From NCBI GenBank assembly GCA_964543655.1, contig CAZIZE010000096.1, positions 1-57,474 on the forward strand: a DNA stretch of 57,474 nucleotides, read 5' to 3'. How positions within the stretch are numbered: position 1 is the first letter of the stretch; each line of letters starts with the position of its first letter. The position numbers were made by a program, and so were the translations under genes. The notes under the pieces were generated by a model. The model did no database searches and was not told the origin of the DNA. It saw only the letters and a list, made by a program, of their open reading frames with translations. The DNA comes from an uncultured bacterium. GTDB taxonomy: Bacteria > DYJV01. Below, in pieces: positions 29,834-39,653 of the stretch.

Positions 29834-31491
29834 TGAATGTTGAGTTATTGGCTGATATTTCTGAATTAAATGACCTTTCAAAATCAAAAAATCTGTTTTC
29901 TGCTTTTTCAAAATTACTTGAAAAGTTTTATAATATTACAGATATATCAATATTATACTTTGATAATACAGATTTTTCATACAAAATAATTGAGTCCACA
30001 ATTAATTTTCAAAATAGAGATGAAATATATTTTTTTGATGCAGAAGTTGAAATAGAGCCACCATTTGATTTAAGTATTGAGGGAAAAGATTTCAAGGTTT
30101 TTTATAAATCTCAAATTGAAAAAGATGATTATAGATATCTTTTTTTAATTCATAATGATTCTAAAATTGAGCAAATTATAATTGATGCACTTTTTAAAAT
30201 ATACCTAACAGCATATAAAAATAAAATTCTTTACAACTATTATCAAAATTCTTTGTTAAACACTCAATATCAACTTGATATTATTAATGAAATAGGCGAG
30301 CTACTTGGAAGTTTCAATCTTAATGTTGTACTTACCAAATTGTTGGAGCATGTTAACAATATTGTTAGTGGTGATGTTGCTGCTATATTTTTATATGATA
30401 AAGAGGAACAGAGATTAAAAGCAAAAATAAATTGGGGAGTAAAAGAGGAATACCTTCTTGATATAATAGATACAGAATCTAACAAGCCACTTGTTGAAAA
30501 AGTATTTAAATTAAAAGAGGTTAAATTTTATGAAAATATAGAAAATAGTCAGGAAATAACTTATCCTAAAGATAAATTTGTTATTAATTCTATTATCAGT
30601 TTACCAATTTATACAAATAATGAGAATCTTGGAGTTTTGCTGCTGATAAATTTTGAAATAGATGAATCATTTATTGATATAAAATTATCAACCCTTGAAT
30701 TATTAGTAAAAATAGCAGCAATAGGTATAGAGAATAGTATATTTTTTGAAAATTCATTAAAGCAAGAGAAAATAAATACACAGCTTAGAATAGCATCAAA
30801 TATTCAAAAAAATCTATTACCTGAACATGACTTAATTTCTGATAAAATTGCAATTACAGGATTTTCAACACCTGCTATGAATGTTGGAGGTGATTTTTAC
30901 AATTATATTGATAAAGGGAATAAAATTTTTGCTTTTCTTGGAGATGTTTCAGGTAAGGGGATTCCAGCAGCTCTTCTTACTACAATGGCAATGATTGTAA
31001 TAAAAACCTCAATTAATCCAGAAAGTTCCACAAAAGAAATAGTTGAAAATATTAACAATACAATTGCATTGGAATCTTTAGGAGAAAATTATCTTACACT
31101 TGGTTTTTTTGAAGTGGATATTAATAACAATAAAGCAAATATTGTAAATGCAGGTCAAGAAGTTCTGCTTTACAAAGGCGCAAATAAAGAAATTATTGAA
31201 TTTTCATCATCTAACTTACCAATAGGGATGTTTGAGGGGATTGAATTTAGCATTGATACAATAGATTTTTATTCTGGAGATATTTTAATAACATTCTCTG
31301 ATGGGATTACTGATGCAATTAATACTGATGAAGAATCTTATGGGATGGAGCGGTTACGAAAGATTATTTTAGAAAATGCAAATTCTGATGTGCTAACTTT
31401 AAAAAATAGAATTCTTGAAGATGTAAGCAGGTTTAGTGAGGGAGCAGCTCAGTTTGATGACCTTACAATTTTATTGGTTAAGCATAAATGA
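29833..31491 (+). CDS. GAF + SpoIIE/RsbU-type PP2C serine phosphatase
   Basis: VGGDFY, GDVSGKGIPAAL, NAG, FSDGITDA, DDLTIL; central GAF-like region. Confidence 0.9.
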   Translation: MNVELLADISELNDLSKSKNLFSAFSKLLEKFYNITDISILYFDNTDFSYKIIESTINFQNRDEIYFFDAEVEIEPPFDLSIEGKDFKVFYKSQIEKDDYRYLFLIHNDSKIEQIIIDALFKIYLTAYKNKILYNYYQNSLLNTQYQLDIINEIGELLGSFNLNVVLTKLLEHVNNIVSGDVAAIFLYDKEEQRLKAKINWGVKEEYLLDIIDTESNKPLVEKVFKLKEVKFYENIENSQEITYPKDKFVINSIISLPIYTNNENLGVLLLINFEIDESFIDIKLSTLELLVKIAAIGIENSIFFENSLKQEKINTQLRIASNIQKNLLPEHDLISDKIAITGFSTPAMNVGGDFYNYIDKGNKIFAFLGDVSGKGIPAALLTTMAMIVIKTSINPESSTKEIVENINNTIALESLGENYLTLGFFEVDINNNKANIVNAGQEVLLYKGANKEIIEFSSSNLPIGMFEGIEFSIDTIDFYSGDILITFSDGITDAINTDEESYGMERLRKIILENANSDVLTLKNRILEDVSRFSEGAAQFDDLTILLVKHK

Positions 31492-31826
31492 TAGGTGTTG
31501 ATATTGTTAAAATCAGTAGAATAGAGAGGATTTATAAGAGATTTGGGGAAAAATTTTTAGAAAAAATCTTTACAATTCAAGAAATTAATGACATAAAAAA
31601 AATAACCAATTATAAAAGAAAAGTTGAAAAAATAGCAGGTAGATTTGCAGCTAAAGAAGCTATTTTAAAAATTTTTAAAAAAGAGTTAACATTTAATAAT
31701 ATAGAAATTTTAACAGATTCTTATGGTGCACCTTTTTGTAAAATAGCAGATAATCATATAAATATTTCCATTTCACATGATGGTGAATATACAGTTGCAG
31801 TTGCTCAAATTTTAAGTTATAAATAA
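31488..31826 (+). CDS. acpS: Holo-[acyl-carrier-protein] synthase
   Basis: IGVDIV, AGRFAAKEA, ISISHDGEY. Confidence 0.95.
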   Translation: MIGVDIVKISRIERIYKRFGEKFLEKIFTIQEINDIKKITNYKRKVEKIAGRFAAKEAILKIFKKELTFNNIEILTDSYGAPFCKIADNHINISISHDGEYTVAVAQILSYK

Positions 31827-31829
31827 TTT

Positions 31830-31992
31830 AAGAGCTTTGCACAGTTAAAATAGATAACTAAAACTAAATGAAATAATGGATTCTTCTCCCTTGCTTTGTT
31901 CAGCGGATTTTGAGCTATTTTAAAAGAATTTTAGTGGCTGAAGAATCCATAATTAAAATATTCTACCACTTTAACCACTGTGCAGAGGTCTT
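31830..31992. mobile_element. MITE-like element, copy 2 (163 bp)
   Basis: TIRs AAGAGCTTTGCACAGT / ACTGTGCAGAGGTCTT (14/16); 5-bp direct repeat AATTT at 31825-29 and 31993-97; internal ATGGATTCTTC (31876-86)/GAAGAATCCAT (31940-50), same as copy 1. Confidence 0.75.
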
Positions 31993-32016
31993 AATTTACA
32001 GGATAAGGAGTAAAAT

Positions 32017-32934
32017 ATGGAAAAAAGAAAGCCAATAGAAGCTGGAAGTAATGAATTTGAAATGATTGAATTTATAATTTATGACGGAGATGAGCCCAAT
32101 TATTATGGAATCAATGTTGCAAAAGTAAGAGAGGTTATTAAAACTCCAGATATTACCCCAATACCTAAAGCACATCCCTGTGTACTTGGATATTCTGACC
32201 TCAGAGGCAAAATTATACCTATGATTAATTTACCTAAATGGCTCGGTATAGAATCTAATAAACCACTTTCTAAAGTTATAATTACTGAATTTAATCAGAG
32301 ACACAATGGCTTTCTTGCAAATGATGTTACAAGGATTTACAGATTAACATGGAATGAGCTAATTCAGCCTTCTGAAATGGAAGCAGATGATAAGAAAAAC
32401 TGTATTACCTCTATTGTTAGGCTTGAGAATAAAATGATTTTAATTTTAGATTTTGAGAAGATAATGGGTGATATTTTTCCTGAAATGTTTTTTCAAGAGG
32501 AGAAAAATGTTATTGAAAAAATAGATAAAGAGTTGAAAATTCTTGTTGCAGAAGATTCAGGTATAATCAGAAGCTTAATTGATAAAGCTCTGAAAAAAGC
32601 AGGTTACACTGTTTACACTGCAAATAACGGTCAAGAGGCTCTTAATAAATTGAAAATGCTAAAAAGTGAAGCTCAAAATAGTGGCAAAAATTTAACTGAC
32701 TTAATAGATGTTATTATTACAGACCTTGAAATGCCAGTAATGGGTGGTGAAAATTTAATAAAAAATGTAAAGCAGGATGAAGAATTATCTAAATTGCCAA
32801 TAATAGTATTTTCATCAATGGGATTAGAAGAAAACATTAGAAAATTAAAAGCACTTGGTGCTAATGAATTTATTAATAAACCAGATGTAAATATTCTTGG
32901 AAATGCTATAAAAAAAGTTCTTGGAATGGAATAA
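32017..32934 (+). CDS. cheV: Chemotaxis protein CheV (CheW + receiver)
   Basis: YGINVAKVREV, LILDFEKI, ILVAEDS, ITDLEMPVMGG, FSS. Confidence 0.95.
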   Translation: MEKRKPIEAGSNEFEMIEFIIYDGDEPNYYGINVAKVREVIKTPDITPIPKAHPCVLGYSDLRGKIIPMINLPKWLGIESNKPLSKVIITEFNQRHNGFLANDVTRIYRLTWNELIQPSEMEADDKKNCITSIVRLENKMILILDFEKIMGDIFPEMFFQEEKNVIEKIDKELKILVAEDSGIIRSLIDKALKKAGYTVYTANNGQEALNKLKMLKSEAQNSGKNLTDLIDVIITDLEMPVMGGENLIKNVKQDEELSKLPIIVFSSMGLEENIRKLKALGANEFINKPDVNILGNAIKKVLGME

Positions 32935-32935
32935 G

Positions 32936-33460
32936 ATGAAAAAGGTTTTATTTAATTTATTTTTATTTTTTATTTGTTTCACAATGCCACTTTTTGGAGG
33001 TGGGAAAATGTCCATGCAGATTTTTTCCAATTCATTTCAAGCAAATGGTTTTATACCAAAAAAATTTACCTGTGATGGTAAAGATATTTCTCCAAATTTA
33101 AAATGGAGCAATTTTACAGAAAACATAAAGAGCTTTGTTCTTATAATGGATGATCCAGATGCACCTGTTGGTACATGGGTTCACTGGGTCTTATATAATA
33201 TACCGCCAAATATAAATGAACTCCCTGAAGGAGCTGATATTAATAATTTTGGAGCCAAGCAAGGGAAAAATAGCTGGGGTAAAAATAGTTATGGTGGACC
33301 ATGCCCACCACCAGGAAAACCGCACAGATATTTTTTCAAAATTTATGCACTTGATATTTCTACTGATTTTCCAGAAGGTTTAACCAAAGAGGAAGTTTTA
33401 GAAAAAATAGAAAACCACATTATTTCCAGAGCTGAAATTATGGGATATTACAAAAGATAA
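32936..33460 (+). CDS. YbhB/YbcL family (PEBP/RKIP-like) exported protein
   Basis: DDPDAP, WVHWV, YGGPCPP, HRYFF; hydrophobic N-terminal signal. Confidence 0.92.
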   Translation: MKKVLFNLFLFFICFTMPLFGGGKMSMQIFSNSFQANGFIPKKFTCDGKDISPNLKWSNFTENIKSFVLIMDDPDAPVGTWVHWVLYNIPPNINELPEGADINNFGAKQGKNSWGKNSYGGPCPPPGKPHRYFFKIYALDISTDFPEGLTKEEVLEKIENHIISRAEIMGYYKR

Positions 33461-33463
33461 TTA

Positions 33464-34582
33464 ATGGAGATAGTTACTATTGATAAAGTTGTTTACAATG
33501 GTTATGGACTTGGCAAACTTAATGGAAAAATAATTTTTGTTGATAATGTTTTACCTGCTGAAGAAATAGTTGTAGATATTTATAAAGATAAAAAAAATTT
33601 TTCTTATGGGAAATTAGTAGAAATTAGAAAACCTTCCCCTTATAGAGTCCTGCCAGAATGCCCTTTATTTAATAATTGTGGTGGATGTCAGTGGCAGCAT
33701 ATAGAGTATGATTTTCAGGTTATTTTAAAGAGGGATATTCTTTTAGAAAATTTAAAAAGGATTGGAAAGCTTAAAGATATTCCAGATATTGAGATAATTA
33801 AATCAAAAGAATATCATTATAGAAATCGAGCAAGATTTCATGTAAAAAATGGGAAAATAGGATTTTATAAAAAACTTTCAAATGAATTTGTAGAAATTAA
33901 TCATTGCAAAATTTTAAATGATAATATCAATGATTTTATAAAAGGGTTAAAATTAAATAACAGTATAAAAAAATTAGATATTTTTACAAGTAATAGTGGT
34001 GAAATTTTAAGTACATTGAATAAAGATTACGTTTATAATAAAATTGGCTCATGGAAATATAGAATTAGCAAAAATTCTTTTTTTCAATCAAATGAATTTT
34101 TAATTGAAAAACTTATTAATATTGTGCTTGAGCATTGTAAAGGGTATGAGAAATTTGCTGACCTTTTTTCTGGAGTTGGATTATTTACAATTCCTTTATC
34201 AGAAAAGTTTTGCAATGGTGTTAGTATAGAATTTTCAAAATCATCTTTTTATGATTGTTTAGAAAATTTGAAAATAAATAAAATTAACAATGTAAAGGTT
34301 TTTAAAAAAAGAGTTGAAAAATCTGGAGAAATTCTGAAATTATTCCAGCCTGATATTGTTGTTGTAGACCCACCAAGAGGTGGAATAAAAAAGGATAGTT
34401 GTGAAATTTTAAAATCAATTGAAAATATAAAAAAAATAATTTACGTTTCCTGCAATCCTATAACTCTTTCAAGAGATTTACAACTCTTATCATCAAAATT
34501 TCATTTGCAAAAACTTTTTTTAATTGATATGTTTCCACAGACTTTTCATTTGGAAACACTTGCTATTTTAATTAAAAAATGA
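33464..34582 (+). CDS. RNA (uracil-5)-methyltransferase, RlmD/TrmA family
   Basis: TRAM domain, CPLFNNCGGC FeS motif, SFFQSN, DLFSGVG, VDPPRGG, YVSCNP, DMFPQTFHLE. Confidence 0.9.
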   Translation: MEIVTIDKVVYNGYGLGKLNGKIIFVDNVLPAEEIVVDIYKDKKNFSYGKLVEIRKPSPYRVLPECPLFNNCGGCQWQHIEYDFQVILKRDILLENLKRIGKLKDIPDIEIIKSKEYHYRNRARFHVKNGKIGFYKKLSNEFVEINHCKILNDNINDFIKGLKLNNSIKKLDIFTSNSGEILSTLNKDYVYNKIGSWKYRISKNSFFQSNEFLIEKLINIVLEHCKGYEKFADLFSGVGLFTIPLSEKFCNGVSIEFSKSSFYDCLENLKINKINNVKVFKKRVEKSGEILKLFQPDIVVVDPPRGGIKKDSCEILKSIENIKKIIYVSCNPITLSRDLQLLSSKFHLQKLFLIDMFPQTFHLETLAILIKK

Positions 34583-36171
34583 AGAAAAAATATTTTACTC
34601 TTTTACTTTTACTTCTATTTGTTTTAGTTTTAAACATTTCAAAGAGTTATTCATACTCATACAGAGAATTAAATAAAAAATACCTCTACACCCTTTCTAT
34701 GTATAAAAAACTTAAAAGTAGAAAAGTTAAAAATAAAAGAGAATATAGTTCAAAAGTTATTAACAACCTTTATTATATTTATAAAATCAGTAAATATAGA
34801 GATTTGAAAAGTAAATCACTCTTTTTAATTGGCAACACTTACTATTACCTATGTAGATATTATGGTTCAGAGATTTTTGCAGACCTTGCTATTGGTAGTT
34901 TTTACAGGTTTGTTAGAGAATTTCCAGGTTCATCAATGTGTGATGATGCAAGGTATTATAGTGCAAGAATTTATTACTATTACAAAAATATTCCAAAATT
35001 AGCTGTTGATGAGTTGAAAAAAAATTTATACCAGAAAAGGAGAGGAGATTTTTATTACAAATCAAAGAAGTTTTTAAATTATATTTACAGGAAGAATAGA
35101 TATTTAAAGAAAGAGATTAAGTTTTATAAAAAAACAGTTAAAAAAGGCCAGAAGTATAATTCCTATTTGAAAAGAATAAGGACTTTTGGATTAAAAAAAT
35201 TTGGAAGAATAGTTTTGGATTTAACAAAGATACCTGAATACTCAATATATAAAAAAAATAGCAACACATTTTGTGTAAAATTGTTTCATACAGGAAAGTT
35301 GAAAAATTTTAGAATATTTTCTTTAAACAAAAATAGAATTAGTAGAAATATATCAGTTAAATTGTATGAAAGGTACTTATTAATAAAGGTTTATGCAAGG
35401 TATTTAGTCTCTTTTAACTATTTTACATTAAATAAGCCTGATAGAATTGTAATTGATTTTGAAGAAAATAAAGGGAAATTTATTAAAAGATTTGTAAAAC
35501 CTCATGATACTATTTCTACAATTATAATCGATCCAGGCCATGGGGGGCATGACCCAGGTGCCACATATTATGGTTTGCAAGAGAAGGATGTGACTTTAAA
35601 AATTGGGAAATATTTAAAGTATTATCTGGAAAAATATTTAAATAGAAAAGATTATACTATTTTAATGACAAGAGATGATGATACTTTCCTATCTCTTGAG
35701 GATAGAGCAAAGTTTGCAAATGAGAATAATGCTGACCTGTTTATATCAATTCATTGCAATGCAAATAGAAATAGAAAGCTACATGGTTTTGAAACTTATT
35801 ATTTAAATTATTCAAAGAATCAGAGATATTTAAAACGAATGAGCTATGATAAAGATGTTTACTATATTCTTGAGGATTTAATAAGAAGTGCTAAATATAA
35901 AGAATCAATAGAGTTTGCACAAATTGTGGAAAATTCTATTATTAACACTTTAAGAAAAAGATATTCTAAAATTAATGACTATGGAATTAAGGATGCACCT
36001 TTTTATGTGTTAATGGGTACGAGAATGCCAGCTATACTTGTGGAGAATTCTTTTATTTCAAATAGAATGGAAAATAGAAGGTTAAGAAGCAATTTATATT
36101 TAAAGTTAATAGCCAAAGGGATTGCAAAAGGAGTTGTAAATTATATACAATCGCAAAGCTTTGTTAAGTAG
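34579..36171 (+). CDS. N-acetylmuramoyl-L-alanine amidase (Amidase_3) with N-terminal TPR/AMIN-like regions
   Basis: IIDPGHGGHDPGA, EKDVTL, SIHCNA, PAILVE; signal peptide; PDRIVIDF AMIN-like motif. Confidence 0.9.
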   Translation: MKKKYFTLLLLLLFVLVLNISKSYSYSYRELNKKYLYTLSMYKKLKSRKVKNKREYSSKVINNLYYIYKISKYRDLKSKSLFLIGNTYYYLCRYYGSEIFADLAIGSFYRFVREFPGSSMCDDARYYSARIYYYYKNIPKLAVDELKKNLYQKRRGDFYYKSKKFLNYIYRKNRYLKKEIKFYKKTVKKGQKYNSYLKRIRTFGLKKFGRIVLDLTKIPEYSIYKKNSNTFCVKLFHTGKLKNFRIFSLNKNRISRNISVKLYERYLLIKVYARYLVSFNYFTLNKPDRIVIDFEENKGKFIKRFVKPHDTISTIIIDPGHGGHDPGATYYGLQEKDVTLKIGKYLKYYLEKYLNRKDYTILMTRDDDTFLSLEDRAKFANENNADLFISIHCNANRNRKLHGFETYYLNYSKNQRYLKRMSYDKDVYYILEDLIRSAKYKESIEFAQIVENSIINTLRKRYSKINDYGIKDAPFYVLMGTRMPAILVENSFISNRMENRRLRSNLYLKLIAKGIAKGVVNYIQSQSFVK

Positions 36172-37008
36172 ATGAATAGAATATGTTCCACAATTTCAAA
36201 TAAAAGATTAGATGTGTATATATCTGAAATTTTTAATATTTCAAGGCGAAAAGCAGCATTTCTTATTAATAATGGTCATGTTAAAGTTAACAATAAAACT
36301 GTGCAAAAATCTTATTTAATTAAAAAAGGAGATATTCTTTTTTTAAATTTAAAAAAATTTGGAACTAAACTGAATTATGATTCATTAAAAATTGTCTGGG
36401 AAAATAATAGATTGATGGCAATTTATAAACCTGAGAAGTTTCACTCTGCAAAGTTATTTAAAAGCCAGTATTCTGTTGAGGATTATATTGAAAGTTTAAA
36501 TAATAGATTTGTTTTGTTAAATAGACTTGATTATAATACATCTGGAATTTTACTTGTTTCAAAAGATGATGAATTTTCTATAAAATATAAGGAGATTGAA
36601 GAAAATTTGGAAGTTGAAAAGTTTTACATAGGAGTTTTAAAAAACAGATTAGAAAAATATATTGTTGTGCAAAACTCAATTGATTCAAAACATAGAAAAA
36701 AAGTAAAAGTCTTATCGTCGAAATCAAATGAAAATATTACACATATTGAACCAATAGCAATATATAGAGATTTTTCTATTGCAAATATAAAAATTTTCAA
36801 AGGTGCAAGGCATCAAATAAGAGCACATCTATCTTATATTAAATTCCCTCTTTTATTTGATGCACTTTATAATGATGATGTGTGTGGTGATACATCAGAT
36901 TATTTTTTATTCTGTTACAGATACAGGGTAAAGAGCATAGGAATAGATATTTCAATTTACCATATTTTAAAAGATAAATTGAGAAAATTTTTGGAGAAGA
37001 TAGTTTAA
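36172..37008 (+). CDS. RluA/RluD-family pseudouridine synthase with S4 domain
   Basis: RLDVYI...SRRKA S4; NRLDYNTSG catalytic Asp; GARHQIRAHL. Confidence 0.9.
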   Translation: MNRICSTISNKRLDVYISEIFNISRRKAAFLINNGHVKVNNKTVQKSYLIKKGDILFLNLKKFGTKLNYDSLKIVWENNRLMAIYKPEKFHSAKLFKSQYSVEDYIESLNNRFVLLNRLDYNTSGILLVSKDDEFSIKYKEIEENLEVEKFYIGVLKNRLEKYIVVQNSIDSKHRKKVKVLSSKSNENITHIEPIAIYRDFSIANIKIFKGARHQIRAHLSYIKFPLLFDALYNDDVCGDTSDYFLFCYRYRVKSIGIDISIYHILKDKLRKFLEKIV

Positions 37009-37009
37009 A

Positions 37010-39607
37010 ATGATTAGAATCAGAGGAGCAAGGGAGCATAATTTAAAAAATATAGATATTGATATCCCTAAAAATAAACTTATTGTCATAACTGGTGTTA
37101 GTGGTTCAGGGAAATCTACTCTTGCTTTTGACACCATCTATGCTGAGGGGCAGCGTAGATATGTTGAATCTCTTTCAGCGTATGCAAGGCAGTTTTTGGA
37201 ACTAATGGAAAAACCTGATGTTGATTCAATTGAAGGTTTATCTCCATCAATTGCAATTGAGCAGAAAACAGTTAGTAAAAATCCTCGTTCTACAGTTGGA
37301 ACTGTTACAGAAATATATGATTATTTGAGAGTTTTATATGCAAATCTTGGAACACCATACTGCTACAATTGTGGGAAAGAGATTACTTCTCAATCTCCTA
37401 CACAGATTGTTGATGAGATTTTAAAATTACCTGCAAAATCAAGGGTTATTATATATTCACCAGTAGTTAGAGGTAGAAAAGGAGAGTTTGGAAGCCTTTT
37501 AAAAAAACTTGTAAAAGATGGTTTTACAAGGGCAAAAATTGATGGTGAAACCATGTTTCTTGAAGATGATATTAAAATTGAAAAGAATAAAAAACATACA
37601 ATTGATGTTGTTATTGATAGAATAATAATTAAAGATGATATTGCCAACAGGTTAACAGATTCAGTAGAGACAGCTCTTAATCTTTCAAATGGCCTTGTAA
37701 AAATTGAGATATTAAATGAAAATAGAGAATTAATCTTTAGTGAAAAAGCTGCTTGCATTGATTGCGGTATAAGTTATCCTGAAATTTCACCAAGAATTTT
37801 TTCATTTAACAATCCTTATGGTGCATGTGAATATTGCAGAGGACTTGGATTTATATACGATGTTGATGAAAATGAAGCTAAAGAAAATGATGTTAATATT
37901 CACAGATTAAAAAGTGTAATAGATGATTACAATGTTGGAAATTTTAAAATTTATGAAAAATTTAAAATAAAAAATATTATAAAAAAATATTCAAAAGAGG
38001 TTCCATGCCCTGTTTGTAAAGGTAGTAGATTGAAAAAAGAGGCAAATTTCATTAAATTTAAAGGTAAAAACATTTTTCAGTTAACTAATTTCAGCATAGA
38101 AAATCTTTTAAATTTTTTCAAGAATATAGAGATTTCTGACGATGAATATAAAATAGGAAGGCGGCTTTTTAAAGAAATTATTAGCAGGCTCGATTTCTTA
38201 AATAATGTTGGAATAGGATATTTAACATTGAGCAGGAGATCTGCAACTCTTTCTGGTGGTGAAAGCCAGAGAATTAGGTTGGCTACTCAAATTGGTTCAA
38301 GTTTATCAGGGGTAATCTATGTGCTTGATGAGCCAAGTATTGGTTTGCACCAGAGTGATAATATGAAGTTAATTGACACGTTAAAAAAATTGAGAGATTA
38401 TGGAAATACTGTCATTGTTGTGGAGCATGATGAGGAGACAATTTTAAATGCTGATTTTATTATAGATCTTGGGCCAGAAGCTGGAGTTAAAGGTGGGTAT
38501 GTTGTTGCAAAAGGAGGGAAGAATGACATAATAAGTAATGAAAGCTCAATAACTGGCAAATATTTATCCAGAAAATTGAGTATTGTAACTCCATCAAAAA
38601 GGGTTGTTTCAAAAAAATTTATAGAAATAATTGGAGCAGCAGAATTTAACCTTAAAAATATAAATGTGAAGATTCCGGTTGGAGCAATAACCTGTATTAC
38701 AGGTGTTTCAGGCTCAGGTAAGAGCACCTTAATGCATGAAGTGCTATTTAAAGGTTTAAAAAAGTTAATATATAAGCAATCTGTTTCAACTGGAAAGTTT
38801 AGAGAGATAAGAAATTATAATCTGATAAATAAAGTTATAAAAATAGATCAATCGCCTATTGGTAGAACTCCCCGTTCCAATCCAGCAACATATACAGGAG
38901 TTTTTACCCCAATTAGAGAAATTTTTGCAAAGGTTCCACAATCTAAAATTAGAGGTTTTAAACCAGGTAGATTCAGTTTTAATGTTAAAGGTGGAAGATG
39001 TGAAAATTGCAATGGCGATGGGCTTATAAAACTTGAAATGTTATTTTTACCTGATGTTTACATTACCTGTGATGTTTGTGGAGGAAAGAGATACAATAAA
39101 GATACTTTGAATATAAAATTTAAAAATAAAAATATTGCAGAAGTGCTTGACATGACAGTTAATCAGGCTTATGAGTTTTTTATAAATATTCCAAATATTA
39201 AAAGTAAGCTTGAATTATTAAAAAAAGTTGGGCTTGGATATATTAAGCTTGGCCAGCCTGCAACTACTTTATCTGGCGGTGAAGCACAGAGAATAAAACT
39301 TGCAAAAGAGCTTTCAAAAAGGGATACAGGAAAAACTCTCTATATTTTAGATGAGCCAACAACTGGATTACATTTTGATGATGTTAACAAATTAATAAAA
39401 GTATTATTTGAATTAAGGGAAAGGGGAAACAGCATAGTGATAATAGAGCACAATCTTGATGTTATTAAATGTGCTGATTACATTATTGATTTGGGACCAG
39501 TTGGTGGTGATAAAGGTGGCTATGTGATAGCTGAAGGCACACCTGAAGAAGTAGCAAGGTGTGAAGATTCTTTAACAGGGAAATATTTAATTGACTTATT
39601 GCAATAA
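37010..39607 (+). CDS. uvrA: Excinuclease ABC subunit A
   Basis: GAREHNLKNI, two GVSGSGKS Walker A motifs, LSGGESQR/LSGGEAQR, zinc fingers. Confidence 0.98.
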   Translation: MIRIRGAREHNLKNIDIDIPKNKLIVITGVSGSGKSTLAFDTIYAEGQRRYVESLSAYARQFLELMEKPDVDSIEGLSPSIAIEQKTVSKNPRSTVGTVTEIYDYLRVLYANLGTPYCYNCGKEITSQSPTQIVDEILKLPAKSRVIIYSPVVRGRKGEFGSLLKKLVKDGFTRAKIDGETMFLEDDIKIEKNKKHTIDVVIDRIIIKDDIANRLTDSVETALNLSNGLVKIEILNENRELIFSEKAACIDCGISYPEISPRIFSFNNPYGACEYCRGLGFIYDVDENEAKENDVNIHRLKSVIDDYNVGNFKIYEKFKIKNIIKKYSKEVPCPVCKGSRLKKEANFIKFKGKNIFQLTNFSIENLLNFFKNIEISDDEYKIGRRLFKEIISRLDFLNNVGIGYLTLSRRSATLSGGESQRIRLATQIGSSLSGVIYVLDEPSIGLHQSDNMKLIDTLKKLRDYGNTVIVVEHDEETILNADFIIDLGPEAGVKGGYVVAKGGKNDIISNESSITGKYLSRKLSIVTPSKRVVSKKFIEIIGAAEFNLKNINVKIPVGAITCITGVSGSGKSTLMHEVLFKGLKKLIYKQSVSTGKFREIRNYNLINKVIKIDQSPIGRTPRSNPATYTGVFTPIREIFAKVPQSKIRGFKPGRFSFNVKGGRCENCNGDGLIKLEMLFLPDVYITCDVCGGKRYNKDTLNIKFKNKNIAEVLDMTVNQAYEFFINIPNIKSKLELLKKVGLGYIKLGQPATTLSGGEAQRIKLAKELSKRDTGKTLYILDEPTTGLHFDDVNKLIKVLFELRERGNSIVIIEHNLDVIKCADYIIDLGPVGGDKGGYVIAEGTPEEVARCEDSLTGKYLIDLLQ

Positions 39608-39653
39608 ATTATATTAAATTAAAAATAAAGTATACTTTTAAAAGGAGTTTGCT

